From Hypanus sabinus (Eukaryota): DNA of 64,000 nt. Made by a program: the position numbers and the translations under genes. The notes beneath the pieces are model-generated. The model was not told the DNA's origin, ran no database searches, and saw nothing but the letters and a program-made list of their open reading frames with translations. The stretch is taken from NCBI RefSeq assembly GCF_030144855.1, contig NC_082717.1, positions 47,182,001 to 47,246,000 on the forward strand, given 5' to 3'. This document shows positions 40,677 to 53,524 of the stretch, in pieces. How positions within the stretch are numbered: the first letter of the stretch is position 1; each line of letters opens with the position of its first letter.

Positions 40677-42410
40677 ATTTAGAATTGATAGAGTGCATCT
40701 GCCTGTGAATAGAGTTTGCACAGGCACCCGAAAAGTTTTCCATTGCAAGAATAATGTTGCCATCTTCTGCACAGACCCACCGTCAGTCCACAGAATGATC
40801 AGCATCTGGCACCAGTTTTGAATTGGGTGACATTTTAAAGCCTGTCTTGCACAGATGTATACTGTACAAGAAAAATAAAAGAGGGAAGGGAAGCAGAGTA
40901 GCAAGCACAAATAATCAGTCCTGGTACAAACAAAATGAAGAGTCAAGTTATCTCAGTACTAAGTCCTGCAGGCTGCAACATGCCCAGATAACAAAAATAG
41001 GGCTTAGTCTGATAGAGGGACAATAAATTAAAATGTCAGGCAACCAGAAGTTCAAGGTCACTCCTGTGAATTGAATGCTGCTACTCCACTGCAGGTGATC
41101 CAAACTCTTCAATTTCTCCAGCATAGAGGAGGCCACATCATGAGCACTGAATGCAGTACAAGCGAACCACTGCTTCACTTGGACTGTTATTTGAATTCTT
41201 GGTTGGTGGGAAGGAAAAAGGTGAATGCACAGGCATTGCATTTCCTTCAGTTGCATGGGAAAGTGCAATAAAAATCTGGTTCAGAGGAGCCAGGGCATGC
41301 AGCAGGAATTGGTTGGAGTGAAAAGGCATGATAATAACAGAGCTGGGAACGCAGGAGTTGCACTTCCCCAAAGACAGGAAAGAATCTATTCATCAAACAC
41401 ACAATGTTATTGGTGTTGCTATGTGTGTCCCAAACGCCACTCCAGCAACGTAGCTGTTCATCTGCCATTTACTTCGTTAATCCAAAATCGATCATATCCA
41501 TAGGAATGTGATGTTTAATTCTCCTGAGAAAGTGGAATAGAATGTAACTTAACAATCATCTGGTGGCTACCTTTGATTGTGGCTGAACTAAGCACTGTAT
41601 AAATTCTGGGTACTGTATTCAATTATTAGATGTCATTACATGTCAAAGTTGTACTTGTCTCTAACGTGGAGATGAATGGGTCAGTGCCATGGAACATTCC
41701 ATTTAGGTGGGCCATGCCATACTACCTGTCCCTCATTGTAAAGTTTATTTAGACCTTTCACCACAAAGCTATACTGGAGGAAAATGCACAAGATTCTGTC
41801 TGACAGAGTGCCTCATCAACAGAAATTTCAAACAAGCACCAAGTCACTTGATGAATTTTGAGAACACCCAACTCCTATTAGAACACTAATGCATACCTGG
41901 AATCTAAATACGCTGCATGCTGAGAAGGTCATTCACCTTCCTGTACAATTCCTGTCTAGAAATTAATCCAGTGGTCTTTGTTGAGATTCATGCTGACCAG
42001 CTGCATAATGCTAGACTGAACTCTATATGCTATTGCTTTTGCCACATATGAAAAAAAAGCTTTAACTACTGCTGTAAGGTCTGGACTGCCTGAAGCTTTT
42101 TAATCTTCTAATGCCAAGAACTATCTACAACCAGTCCAGTCCAGGGACCTCTGCTATTGGAGGGGTTAAGCACAGCCCATTTAGCATCAGTGATATTGAC
42201 ATATTCGTGCTAATCATTATCCCTCGAGCCCGAAGGTCTTCCTAAGAAGAACGTAAATATGTTTTAATAAAAGGTTTAATACTGCAATACTGAATGGCAA
42301 TATAAAAGTTATTATTTTGATTTTCATCGGGAAAAAAACCCACAAGGATCACCTGGTTTCAAACAAGAGAAAATATGGGATGCTGAAATATACTGGAGGA
42401 ACTCAGCACG

Positions 42411-43023
42411 TATTGGAAAATATATTATGCATTAGCAGCATTCACTATATAACCACGACTACTGAGTATTTACTATGCATTTATTCATTTACTAGATGCA
42501 TTGTATTCTTAGGTATATACTATGGCATTTAAGAATATATGAGTATTATTAGCAGAAATACACTTAGCATTTAAGAACACCTGTGTATCATTCGCAGAAA
42601 TGTGCTTAGCTGAAATGTACTCCATATATTATACAATAGAATGGCTTATGAAGAGATAACGGTGGCAGACAGGATGATACGAACAGGCAATGGAATGTTG
42701 AGGGAGGCTGACTGAGAAACAACCGTGGCCAGGAATGAGGCCCAAGATGTGAACTGGAAAGAAATAATGGTGGCGAATCGAGAGCTAGTCAAGAGCGATT
42801 GATTAGTTAATGTATAGATGATATGGAGCTATAGAATGATTGGATATGTTAATGCAACTAAGTTAAGAAGACTACTATAAAAATGCTATGTACAATGATC
42901 AGCGGGCAATCAGTGACTAGCTCAAGTGATGGTCTCAGCTTTGGTTTGCAAATTAAAGCTTAAAACTTCTTGAAGAATTTTCTCCGTCTCCTGGTCGTTT
43001 GTGAGAAACGAAACACCACGACA
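42411..43023 (+). mobile_element. Solo LTR inserted into a Penelope fragment
   Basis: CACG direct repeat at 42407-42410 and 43024-43027; ends ...CACGACA; ATTGG at 42839, TATAAAA at 42876, ATTAAA at 42952; removing it restores the Penelope motif GAACTCAGCACG|TCAGGCAGC. Confidence 0.75.
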
Positions 43024-43248
43024 CACGTCAGGCAGCTTCTGTGGAAAAGAGTAAACAGTCGACGTTTCGGGCTGAGACCCTATATCAGGATCACCCCGTT
43101 TTCTCCTGTCTGGAAGCTCGAAGCAGCAAAGGCCGCCAAATATGAATCCTCCACCCAGGAAAGCAGACCTGAAATACTTACTACAAAATAATAATTAACA
43201 TTTTAAGCGGGCAGTAGAAATGAAAGGGCCTGGAGCCCAAGGCCTTAC

Positions 43249-43302
43249 TGTTAAGAAATCCTGCGCCGCTAAGTGACAGTGGCAATCGATAAATCCGCTC
43301 AT
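43249..43302 (-). CDS. TATDN3: TATDN3 exon 1 (start)
   Basis: ATG at 43302-43300; MSGFIDCHCHLAAQDFLT|gtaagg with the TatD DxHxH metal-binding motif. Confidence 0.95.
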
Positions 43303-43618
43303 ACTGCCCGGAACGCCATAGGATGCACCTCACCGTCCTTTGACATTAGTGAAGTGCAGCGTTTTACTTTCGGATTTGCTTATTTTAGGAATTTTCTGGG
43401 GGGGGGAAGAATATTATCCACGAGCAATACCAGTTTGGGCTCTCAACCATTTGCTTTTTAAATTGGGACGCACATTCCCTCCACGATGTGGCGGAACCGA
43501 TATTAGAATTAATGCTTTTCACCGGAACTGTCAGGGGTTGCACTGGGCGGAAGTTCGTGTGTTTGGAAAAGTGGCGGCAAAGTGTACTGGCACCGGAGAG
43601 TACGGGGCGGACGGATGG
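43303..43618. promoter_or_regulatory. Bidirectional TATDN3/NSL1 promoter (CpG-rich)
   Basis: 316 bp between divergent start codons; several ETS/GABP-like CGGAA cores (e.g. GCGGAAGT at ~43547, CCGGAAC at ~43522); CpG-dense through NSL1 exon 1. Confidence 0.8.
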
Positions 43619-43741
43619 ATGGCGCTGCCGGCCGGCCGCGTGCTCTGCTGCTCCAGGCGGGCGGTGTCGGCGGCGCTCGAGCGCTTGTCGGAGGCTCTGT
43701 GCGATCGGCTGCAGGGAGAGCGGCAGCTGGAGGCTCGGCGG
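43619..43741 (+). CDS. NSL1: NSL1 (MIS12 kinetochore complex component) exon 1
   Basis: MALPAGRVLCCSRRAVSAALERLSEALCDRLQGERQLEARR|gtgagt; RVxCxSxRAV matches human RVRCTSKRAV; phase 0. Confidence 0.85.
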
Positions 43742-43819
43742 GTGAGTGGGCTGAACGAAGGCCCCGAGGTGGGGTGAGGCTCTGGGGAGGGCAGTTTGGT
43801 TTTCTAAGTTACAGTGTAA

Positions 43820-44920
43820 GGACGTGTATGGCCATGTAGTTTTGTAAAATGAATAAAGTCGTGGACTATTTTCTAAGCTGGAATCGAATTCAGAAATCGG
43901 CGGTGTAAACAGACTTGGGAATCCTAGCGCAGATTGAGTCAGTACTCAGAAGTCAAATGCCATCTAGCAACGCAAACATGGGGAAATCTGCAGATGCTGG
44001 AAATTCGAGCAACACACACAAAATGTTGGTGGAACGCAGCAGGCCAGGCAGCATCTAAATGAAGAAGTACAATCGACGTTTCGGGTCGGGACCCTTCGTC
44101 AGGACTAGCTGAAAGAAGAGATAGTAAGAGATTTCAAAGGGGAGGGGGAGACCCAAAATGATAGAAGACAGGAGGGGGAAGGATAAAGCTCAGAGCTGGG
44201 AAGTTGATTGGCAAAAGGGATACCAGGCTGCAGAAGGGGGAGTATCGTAGGACGAAGAAAGAAAGGGGGAGGGGAGCACCAGTGGAAGATGGAGAACAGG
44301 CAAGGAGTAATTGTGAGAGGGAAAGAGAAAGAGAAAAAAATCATTTTCAGAGGACGAGAATATTAAAGACAAGAATGTAACGCTGAAGCTTTATAAGGTA
44401 CTGGTCAGAGCACATTTGGAGTTTTATGAGTAGTTTTAGGCCCCATTCCTAAGAAATGATGTGGAGGGTCCTGAGATTTACAAGAAAGGCCTTGGGAATG
44501 AGAGGGTTTACATGCAAGTAGTTTATGATGGCTTCAGGCCTGTACTCGCTGGAATAAAGAATAAGAGGAGTGCTCATTGAAACCTACAGAATGTTGAAAA
44601 GCCTAGAGTGGGTGTGAAGTGGAGAGCTTAGGACCAGTGGGCACAGGCTCAGAATGGAAGGACATCTCTATCAAACAGAAATGAGAAGTTTTCTTTTGGC
44701 CAGATGGTGCTGAATCTGTGGAATACATTAGCACATACTGTAATGGAGGCCAAATCATTGGGCATACATGGGGATTGATAGGTTCCTGATCAGTAAGAAT
44801 GTTAAAAGGTTACAGAGAAAGCTGGAGAACAGGGATGCGGGATAAAAATCGGCCATGATTGAATAGCAGAGCAGACTCAATTAGCCAAATGGCCTAATTC
44901 TGCTCCTGTATCTTATGGTT
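43820..44920 (+). mobile_element. Decayed CR1 with nested Penelope fragment (~43968-44340)
   Basis: CR1 sequence resumes after an AAATCTGCAGATGCTGG-type Penelope segment. Confidence 0.75.
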
Positions 44921-44959
44921 AAATTGTATATTTTTTAATATGTGCATTCATTTTTGTAG

Positions 44960-45044
44960 ATATTTGAAACAGCTGTTCAGGAGAACATCCTTGTCAATGG
45001 AATGTTATGGCAAGAAGTTTCAGAGGATGAGGAATTGAGATACG
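44960..45044 (+). CDS. NSL1: NSL1 exon 2
   Basis: tag|85 nt|gtatgg; IFETAVQENILVNGMLWQEVSEDEELRY versus human TFESAVQENISINGQAWQEASD; phase 0/1. Confidence 0.95.
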
Positions 45045-45189
45045 GTATGGAGCACTAAATTCCAGCTCATTATCAGAGAATGTGGTGGATATAGAGGTGA
45101 AAAGATAGATGTTGAACTTAACTAAAAATCTTGCCTTTGAATTCTGATTGCAGTTGTCCAGCTCAATTGCTTAATTGGCTAGCTATTTT

Positions 45190-45745
45190 AATTCCACTTT
45201 CCATTCCCGTACCAACATGTCTGTCTACATTCTCCTCTACTGCTAAATTGAGGCCTTGATATGCATTAGATGAACATATGTCTCATATTCCACCATGGTG
45301 GTCTTCAACCTGATGGCATGAACATCAATTTCTCCAACTTTGAATAACGCACTACCTCCGTCACTACTTACTTCTCCTTATCTCACTCACCCCAATACCC
45401 TTTCCTGTTCTCTTGATCAGCATATCACCTACTTCTCTGGTTCCCCTTCTCACCTCAAGGTCCACTGCTATGAGATTTCATCATCTTCAAACATTTTGTT
45501 GCTTCTATTACTTTCCAAGTTCTTAGATCATTCCCATTTTCCCCACCTGATCTGCCTGTCTACCCCCTCACCTTTCACTTATCTCTGTCCAGCAAATACT
45601 CTTACCCCCCCCCCAATCATTTTATACCGTTATCTTCCGTCTTTCCTTCCAGTGCTGAAGAAGGATCTCAACCAGAAACATTAACTGTCCATTTTACTCG
45701 ATATTTGCTACCTGTCACACTGAGCTGCTCTGGCATTTTGGGTGT
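45190..45745 (+). mobile_element. Penelope-like fragment
   Basis: Similar to 27370-27900 (…CAACCTGATGGCATGAACATCAATTTCTCCAACTT…). Confidence 0.7.
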
Positions 45746-46640
45746 TTCCCGCTGTTGTGTTACCATTTTAAACTATTTTTGAGTGTCCGTGTTCTTATTA
45801 AGTATTAGCTAGACCAAGTTTTTTTGGGGGGGGGGAACACTGTCACTGTCCAGATTGAGAATTGTTCAATAAGGTTCAAAGGTCCATTTATTATCAAAGT
45901 ATGTATCCATATACAACTCTGAGTTTCCTAACTGGAATGGAATAACCTAGACTACCTATTCAACATCCTCTGGTGCAAGAGCAAAAACCAAATGAAAGAA
46001 AATACGTATTAGCTGTCAGTGACATAAGTTATAATTGAATGGAATTGACTTGATTCCTCTGTCAGTGCTTTTAAATGTTGGGAATCCATCCATTACTCAT
46101 TACAGAACTTTGAGCCTTAGAGTCATCCTGCTCTCTGCAGTCTGCATTTCCTTCATCTATGGGAACTAAGATTAGGCATGCATATTAAATAAAACTATAC
46201 TTTAATTAGGGTACTATTAATTTCCATCAATTGTCCTTTTTTTTTTGTACAGTTATCTCAAATTGCAATGGGCATTTAACAATTGACCTTGTTTCAATTC
46301 TATTTAAATAGTTTTATTTTTTCAAATCAAAATTTTGAATTATGATCAAACCTAATAACTTTAATTCTTTTTGCATGTTTGCAGCTGACATGTCACTTCA
46401 ATTAAATTCTGGTTATGTAAGCACAATAAGTTACTTTGTAATTTAAATCTTTCTGAATTTAAATGTTGAAGTGCTATGGTAGTCAACAGGATTTTAATGT
46501 TTTTTTCTGTTTTATTTCTGTAGAGAAAGTAAGTTCAATAGGCTGTGCTATTAATTCCTAAAATAATTGGTGGTGTTAATATCTGGCAAAAAAAAAGCCA
46601 ATTTTTACTAAATATCTTGCTTTAACAATTTAATTTTCAG

Positions 46641-46771
46641 GGAATGACATAAAGAATTTGGATGACGATTTGGATGAATGCATTAAGGAGACAGCTTCAA
46701 AACGTAAACAGTTTCCCAGAAAAGTTGTTGGACATCTTGCTAAAACCATAAAAGCAGAAAGGGAATTGTTG
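46641..46771 (+). CDS. NSL1: NSL1 exon 3
   Basis: cag|131 nt|gtatgt; GNDIKNLDDDLDECIKETASKRKQFPRKVVGHLAKTIKAERELL versus human DIKVLEDQFDEIIVDIATKRKQYPRKILECVIKTIKAKQEIL; phase 1/0. Confidence 0.96.
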
Positions 46772-47224
46772 GTATGTGTTTTCAATTTTGTATCTTTTGT
46801 GCTCTAGAGTTTTTTTTTCTCAGGGTGAAAATGTCAGATACAAGAGAGCATGATTTTAAGGTGAGGGGGAGGGAAGTTTAAAGCAGATTTTATGAAGCGA
46901 AGGTTTTTTTTTAAACAGACTAGTAGGTACCTGGATTGTGCTGCCAGCGAAGGTGATGGAAACAGATATGATAAAGAGCCTCTAGATTGGCAGAATATGT
47001 GGAAGGATATATGACATATGAGATTAGTTAAAATAACCATAGTCAATACTCATGTACCTAAGGGCTGTACTGTTTAATTCATTTCATAGTCTTTTCTTGT
47101 AAATATATCATGTGATTTATATTACTCATGATTTCATGGATTTATGAAAAGGGATTAGAATTAGTTCTTGGATTGGCAGGTTTGTGTTTAATTAGAGATT
47201 ATTTAGTCTAAGCCTGCATTCTCA

Positions 47225-47930
47225 AAATTTTAGAAGCCTGTGAAGGGAATTACAGAGACATGAGAGTAGAGCTGGCCGAAGTTGATTGGAAGGGGACACT
47301 ATAGCAGGAATGATGGCAGAGCAGCAATGGCTGGAGTTTCTGGGAGCAATTCCGAAGGCGCAGGATAATTGCATTCCAAAGCAGTATTCTAAAGATAGGT
47401 GATGCAACTGTGGCTGACAAGGGAAGTGAAAGCCAAAATAAAAACTAAAGTGCGGGCATATCATTGAGCAAATAGTAGGAAATTAGAGGATTGGGAAGCT
47501 TTTAATAACCAACAGAAGGCAACAGAAAAAGTCATTGAGGGAAAAGATGGAATAGGAACGTAAGCTAGCCAATGATATTAAAGAGGATACCAAAAGTTTT
47601 TTCAGGTATAAAGAGTAAAAGAGAGACAAGAGTAGATATTGGACCGCTGGAAATGTTGCTGTTGACGCAGTAATGGGGGACAAGGAAATGGCAGACAAAC
47701 TGATTAAGTATTTTGCATCACTCTTCATTGTGGAAGACACTGTCAGTATGCCAGAGGTTCAAGTGTCATTGGACAAAAGTTAGTGAAGGTGCCATTACTA
47801 GGGAGAAGTCGATGTTTCAGGCAGAGTGATGAAGTCAGCTGTACTCTTTTCCATAGATGCTACCTGGTCTGAGTTTCTCCAGCATTTTGTGTGTGTTGCT
47901 TGGATTTCCAGCATCTGTAGATTTTCTCTT
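47225..47930 (+). mobile_element. CR1 internal fragment followed by Penelope tail
   Basis: Homologous to reverse complement of the CR1 at ~24700-25260; Penelope tail at 47810-47930. Confidence 0.7.
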
Positions 47931-48080
47931 GTTAGAGATATGTAGAATAGGTTTTCAGATATTAATGGTATCAGAGTATGGGTTAACTGTAGGAAAGTGG
48001 TAGAGGTAAAAGGTCACAGGTCTACTCCAGTTTATCTTGTTACAGGTCATTAACATCCAAATATTCTTTTTAAAAGAGTA

Positions 48081-48583
48081 CAGGTATCCCCCCGCTATCC
48101 GAAAGTAGAGCATTCCTATTAAATTGTTCGTAAGCCGAAATGTCATACAGCGAAGAAGCAATTACCATTAATTTATATGGGAAAATTTTTTGAGCGTTCC
48201 CAGAGCCAAAAAATAACCTACCAAGTAACACATAAAACCTAAAATAACACAAACATAGTAAAAGCAGGAATATGATAAGTACACAGCCTATATAAAGTAG
48301 AAATATTGTATGTACGGTGTAGTTTCACTTATCAAAATCGGGAGGACAGTGAGCCAAAATCGATTTGGAGGGAAAAAAATCGGCACATACACACGTGTGC
48401 ACACAACTGCCCGCACAAGGCTTCACAGTCATGGTACTCTTTCTCAGGGTAAACACACGTACAAAGCGGGTGTCTTTTTTCATAAAAGCAAATCCTCTTT
48501 GGTTAGCAAAAACGGGTACTAATGTAGGTCTTGCGTAACAGCGAGCTGTCGTAAAGCAAACGTTCAAAAAACGGGGCCACCTG
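48081..48583. mobile_element. Tigger/pogo-like MITE
   Basis: TA|CAGGTATCCCCCGC ... CGGGGCCACCTG|TA imperfect TIRs with TA duplication. Confidence 0.8.
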
Positions 48584-48731
48584 TAGTAATTAAAGAAATC
48601 CTCCTGCAAACTGGGACTTTGGGAAAGCAATCTAGCTTACATTATTTGAAATGTTGTGTCTTTTCAAATGGGGGCTTTTTGATTCATTGATGCTAGGTCT
48701 CAGATTCCATCCACCATTTATTTCCCTAAAC

Positions 48732-49454
48732 CAGTGGTTCCCAACCTTTTTTTGGCCATGCCCCACCTAATCACCTCTAAAATCCTGATGCCCCCTGTGG
48801 TGATATATAATTCTTATTATTCAAAAAGTGAACTCCTATTCACCTGGAGGAAGCTGAAAAGACCATTAACTTGGTTTAAACAAGCTTCCAAAGAACATGG
48901 CATTCATGAACGAGAAAAATAAAAGAACCAAAGGACTGTTAAAGTTCAGAGGAAGAAATTACTAAGAAATTGTAAAAAAAAAGAACATTAAGTGATATTA
49001 AAATAATAATAATAATAATAATAAATAAATAAAACAATGCCGATTCGTTTCTACAGCAACTGTTTAAAAGAGATGACGCAATGTACACACCTTCACACCA
49101 CCAAGAACCAAAAGCTACTGCAAAGAGCAGCATTGGCGCAACCTCGTATGAGTTTCTTACGTGTTTGGACTTGTTCATTCGTTCCTTCCTACAACAGTCA
49201 ATTCATTAATTTAATTATGAAAGCCATTTGATGGTTGTAATGATGGTGATACACTATATATACAGTACATACACAATTACACATGTACATACACACGTAT
49301 TTTTATGTATGCATACTGTATATACACATATGTATTAACTCGCGCACACACACTCACACTCACACAGACTTACTAGAAAAAATTCACTGTTAATAACTCA
49401 TTCTCGAATTGCCCCCCTTAAAAATCAAATTACGCCCCACGTTAGGAACCACTG
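48732..49454. mobile_element. Non-autonomous hAT (Buster/Charlie-type) element
   Basis: TIRs CAGTGGTTCCCAAC / GTTAGGAACCACTG; perfect 8-bp TSD CCCTAAAC (48724-48731, 49455-49462) with central TA. Confidence 0.92.
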
Positions 49455-50874
49455 CCCTAAACCTATTTTCTCATGTGCTCAGTAATACCCATCTGATGAG
49501 CTACCTCTGCTGGGAACAATTCACAGTAGTCAATGAATCTGACAACTAGGATGTTTTTAGGGTGTGGGAAGAAAGCAGAACCCCTAGGGATTACCCTGTT
49601 GTCATCACGAGCTGCTTCACAATTGTCCTTAACTCACTGGAGATTTTAGAAATCTGTGCTTCCTGCAGCATCACTGCAGGACCTTCTGTACTAGGAGTAT
49701 TTACTGTATTTCAAAATAGCAATTCACAGACATTCAGCAGCTGTTCTTTTCAAAAAGTGCATTAGTTTAGAATCAAACGGAACATTAACTAAATCATCAG
49801 CCACCCTACCTCTATGATTTTTATTTTGCAATTCTACGATATTGGATCACACTTAAGTTTTTAGCTGCAGTAATCATTGTCAATTTCTTTGCTGCTCCTC
49901 CCTTTCCAGACTATCTATTATGAAAACTCAGTTCAGAAAGAAATGATATGGAGAAGGGACAAACAGAAGGATCAATGTGTGCAGAACAAGGACAGGAATC
50001 TGTCAGTATCAGTGTGTAAAGTACACAGCAAAATGCACTTCAGTATCTCAGGAATAATGCATGTATAAACATAAAGATCTCAATGCTTCCAAAATAAAAC
50101 TGGTGTATTGTGGACTAAACAACTTTCAACTCTGTAAAACAGCCAACGGCTAAGCTCAGAGTGGAAGCAAATAACCATAGTCTTTCTTTTTCAAGCCAGG
50201 GTTTCAAAGAAAGGAATACTGTCACTACTTGAACATTCATTGTTAAATAATTCAACCTACTTTCACATGACCCTAATCTCCAGTTGTCATAAGATTTCCT
50301 ATTGGTCACAAACTGTATATATTCTTCGTGTTTATCTTTCTCAACACAAAATCTTGCTTCAGGAGTTTTGTTCTCAGTTTTAACTTTTTTATATCACAGT
50401 TTGATTCAAATTTTGGACAAAATAAGGCTGACACCAATGTTGTAATGCATAGTTAGTCATTTTTAATCCCAAGTTTCAAAGAGTAAGCTAATTACCTTTT
50501 CACTTTCTTTGCCTCCCAACTTTTCTCCTGCTTGCTTCTGCACAAAGTTCACAATATTGTGTTCTATATCATTGTCCTGAAAATACTTAATAAATTTTAA
50601 TTTCATTAACAACTGTCTTCACCCTTTTTCATTAGGAATTTCTTCTTGTGAGAGCTCACTATTGTGGAAGCATTTCATTGTCAATAAATCAGAAAAATCA
50701 TCTGCATTCTCTTGTGATTTCATCCTTAACTAACGTAATTGTACATGGAGATCAGTACAGAATATTGCATTAATAACTGAGAATTGAACCATTTCCCACA
50801 AAGCCCACACCAATCTTCAAGCCCCAATAATACTAATCCTACTGTAACCCTTTTTAAATTTCTCCCCAATATTT

Positions 50875-51143
50875 TAGAGATACAGCTCAGAACAGGCCCT
50901 TCCAGCCCAATGAGCCATACCGCCCAGCAGCCTACCTATTTTACCCTTGCTTAATCACAGGACAACTTACCAATTAACTTGCTAACTGGTACGTCTTTGG
51001 AATGTGGGAGGAAACTGGAGCTTCCAGAGGAAGCCCACATGCTCATGGGAAGGACGTGCAAACTTCTTATAGACAGCACTGGAATTGAACTTCACACTCC
51101 ACCTGTAATAGCATTATACTGATCACTATGCTACAGTGGCACC
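50875..51143 (-). mobile_element. HE1-like V-SINE
   Basis: Reverse-complement homolog of 13002-13305. Confidence 0.7.
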
Positions 51144-51740
51144 CACAACTATCAACTTGCACCTCACCTACAGTCTAATATGGCCTTCACTTTTTGAGAT
51201 GTGTGAGGGTACCCATGGAGTCACAAAGAGAACATGAATGCTCACCATGGTGCCAGAAATCAGGAAAGAACCAAAAGATCTACCAGTTGTGCCAGCCAGA
51301 AAGAGGCATTCACTAATTTTCTGCTAACCAGCCTTTATGCCCATGTGGTTTGAGGGTTTTTGATGCTCAGCAACACATCCCATGTCCTTCTTCATAAATT
51401 TCCAGTGAAAATTTTAATGCCTTGTTTAATCACTTGTTTAGGTGTTCTTTACTATTTCCCATCACCTGGTCCAATCATGCTTTGCAGTACAGACTGGTTT
51501 TAAGAGATGTTCAAAAGTTACGAAATTGCTCCCTGCCGTGTACTCATTGTAAAGGGTGATGAAATTGGTTGCCCCCTTGATTTCTTTTACTATGCATGAT
51601 TAAGTCTGCATGCTAGACCACTATTACTCAGTCTGTAAAAGCTTCAAAAGTAGTATTACTTTAATAGTAAAATGTTTCAACTGATTTTGTTTATAATTGG
51701 TTTATTACTGTTGTAAACTTAATGCATTTCATTGTTGCAG

Positions 51741-51798
51741 AAGCTTTATCAGCCAGCGGTAGGTCTGCAAATGAAAATGGGAATCCATCCAGAACAAG
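51741..51798 (+). CDS. NSL1: NSL1 exon 4
   Basis: cag|58 nt|gtaatc; KLYQPAVGLQMKMGIHPEQ versus human KQYHPVVHPLDLKYDPDP; phase 0/1. Confidence 0.88.
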
Positions 51799-52211
51799 GT
51801 AATCACCTAGCATAAATTTTTGCTATGGACCTGAGTTGATTAACACAATAAAACAACAGAAGGTAGTTATCAAATAATCTTTTACATCAAGGGTAACATC
51901 TTTTAAATGTTGTAATTGTACTTGCCTCTACTACTTCCTTTGACAGCACATTCCACATGCTCACTACTTTCTGTGTGGGTGGGGGAAAGGGAGTTGTCCC
52001 TCAAGTTCCCATTAAATCTTTCTCCTCTCACCTTAAATTTACAGTCTGGAATCTAGTTTCAGAACTCCTTTCTTCTGGGAAAAAGACTTGTATCTACTCT
52101 CTTCACTATAAGGCCACCAACAACATGTTGCAACATGACAGCCCAACCACTAGGTGCTAACTTTTTGATATTTGTGCATTGGCCAATTTTAATCAGTATA
52201 TTTTTCTTTAG

Positions 52212-52279
52212 TATTCAAGGAAGCAGAAATAATGGAAAGCACATCAAAAAATTCTCAAGATATGAGTGAAGCCATGAAG
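52212..52279 (+). CDS. NSL1: NSL1 exon 5
   Basis: tag|68 nt|gtaaga; VFKEAEIMESTSKNSQDMSEAMK ends like human EISEAMK; phase 1/0. Confidence 0.92.
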
Positions 52280-53524
52280 GTAAGAATTCCACATATTGAG
52301 TTTTATCTAGAGGAAACTTGATAAGCAGTTTAACAAATTTCAGAAACATTTCAACTAGAGTTTTTAGAAAGTATTCAGGTCTTTCAGTCCTACCCTTGTT
52401 TGTTCTGTGAGGCCTTCAGTTCTCCTAGAGGGGCTTTCAAGCTCCATCTTCTAAATAATAACGTATATAAATTAGTGTGTGACAATTTCTCTAAAGAAAG
52501 ATGGATAATGGAATTATTTGAATTAAGTGCCTACATAAAACTTTTTGATAATTATGGCGATTTGTATATCTGTCCATCCAAAACAAAGTACCAGAGAAAA
52601 AAAAACTTAATTGGTTGTCTGAATCAGGATCCATAGTTTCATGTGATTCAGAATCAGTCTTTTAATGTACATCATTGTTAACCAGCAGTTATATTTGCCT
52701 GGAGGAGACATGCAGTTTCTGGAATCTGAAAGAGCAAACTATTGCTACAGGATGTCCATGCAGACATCTTATGCCATGCTTTTGAGCTTCATTAGTTTAG
52801 GGATGGGAGGGGATGAGAAATTATGACATTTTAAGTCTTAACCCTGCATCAGGACTGTAGGATATGTTATTTTTATTTTAGCCACTAGATGGCAATATTA
52901 AAAGACCAAGAAAACTACTACAAACTGTTTATAGAGTTCCATTCAGTGACTGGATTTGAATTGTAAAACATTGGAGCAAATGATATAAGTTAGTGAAACT
53001 ATTAATTGCTATTATAATCCTATGGGACTGACAGTAAGTTTATTTGTTACCTCGTCTGAACACCAGGCCTAAATATGAATTTCTGGACACCTTAAGTCAG
53101 TTGTAGTTACATCAACTGTGATGCTAGTGTACCATATTGGGCGCACATCTGTCATATGTTACATGGGTAACATGCTGGTGGTTACTGCTCTGTTACTACA
53201 TCATTGGTACTATAGAAATGTGCACAGATCTCCTGACACTAATTGCAGCTACAAAGTGTTCCTTTGAAAGAGCTGCTGTAAGACCTTTTTTTTTCCAATT
53301 CCCATCTTTATTATGCCTTAATTTCTAAGATTTTTTCATTTGATAGAGGTAACTCTTTTAGATGAACTTGAAGTACTTTGATTGCTGAGGCTGTGCAATT
53401 TCTTGACTTGGCAAACTGGGCAGGAAGTACCTGGGGGAAAAAGATGTGAAAAATCATTTTTTCCTTGGTTTGAACTAAATAAATGTATGTTAGCACTAAT
53501 AATCATATTTTTGTTTTCCTTTAG

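Noticed and set aside
43340-43618. 145-aa ORF extending NSL1 exon 1 upstream
   Set aside because: Starts at TTG, spans the promoter and shows no recognisable NSL1 similarity before 43619
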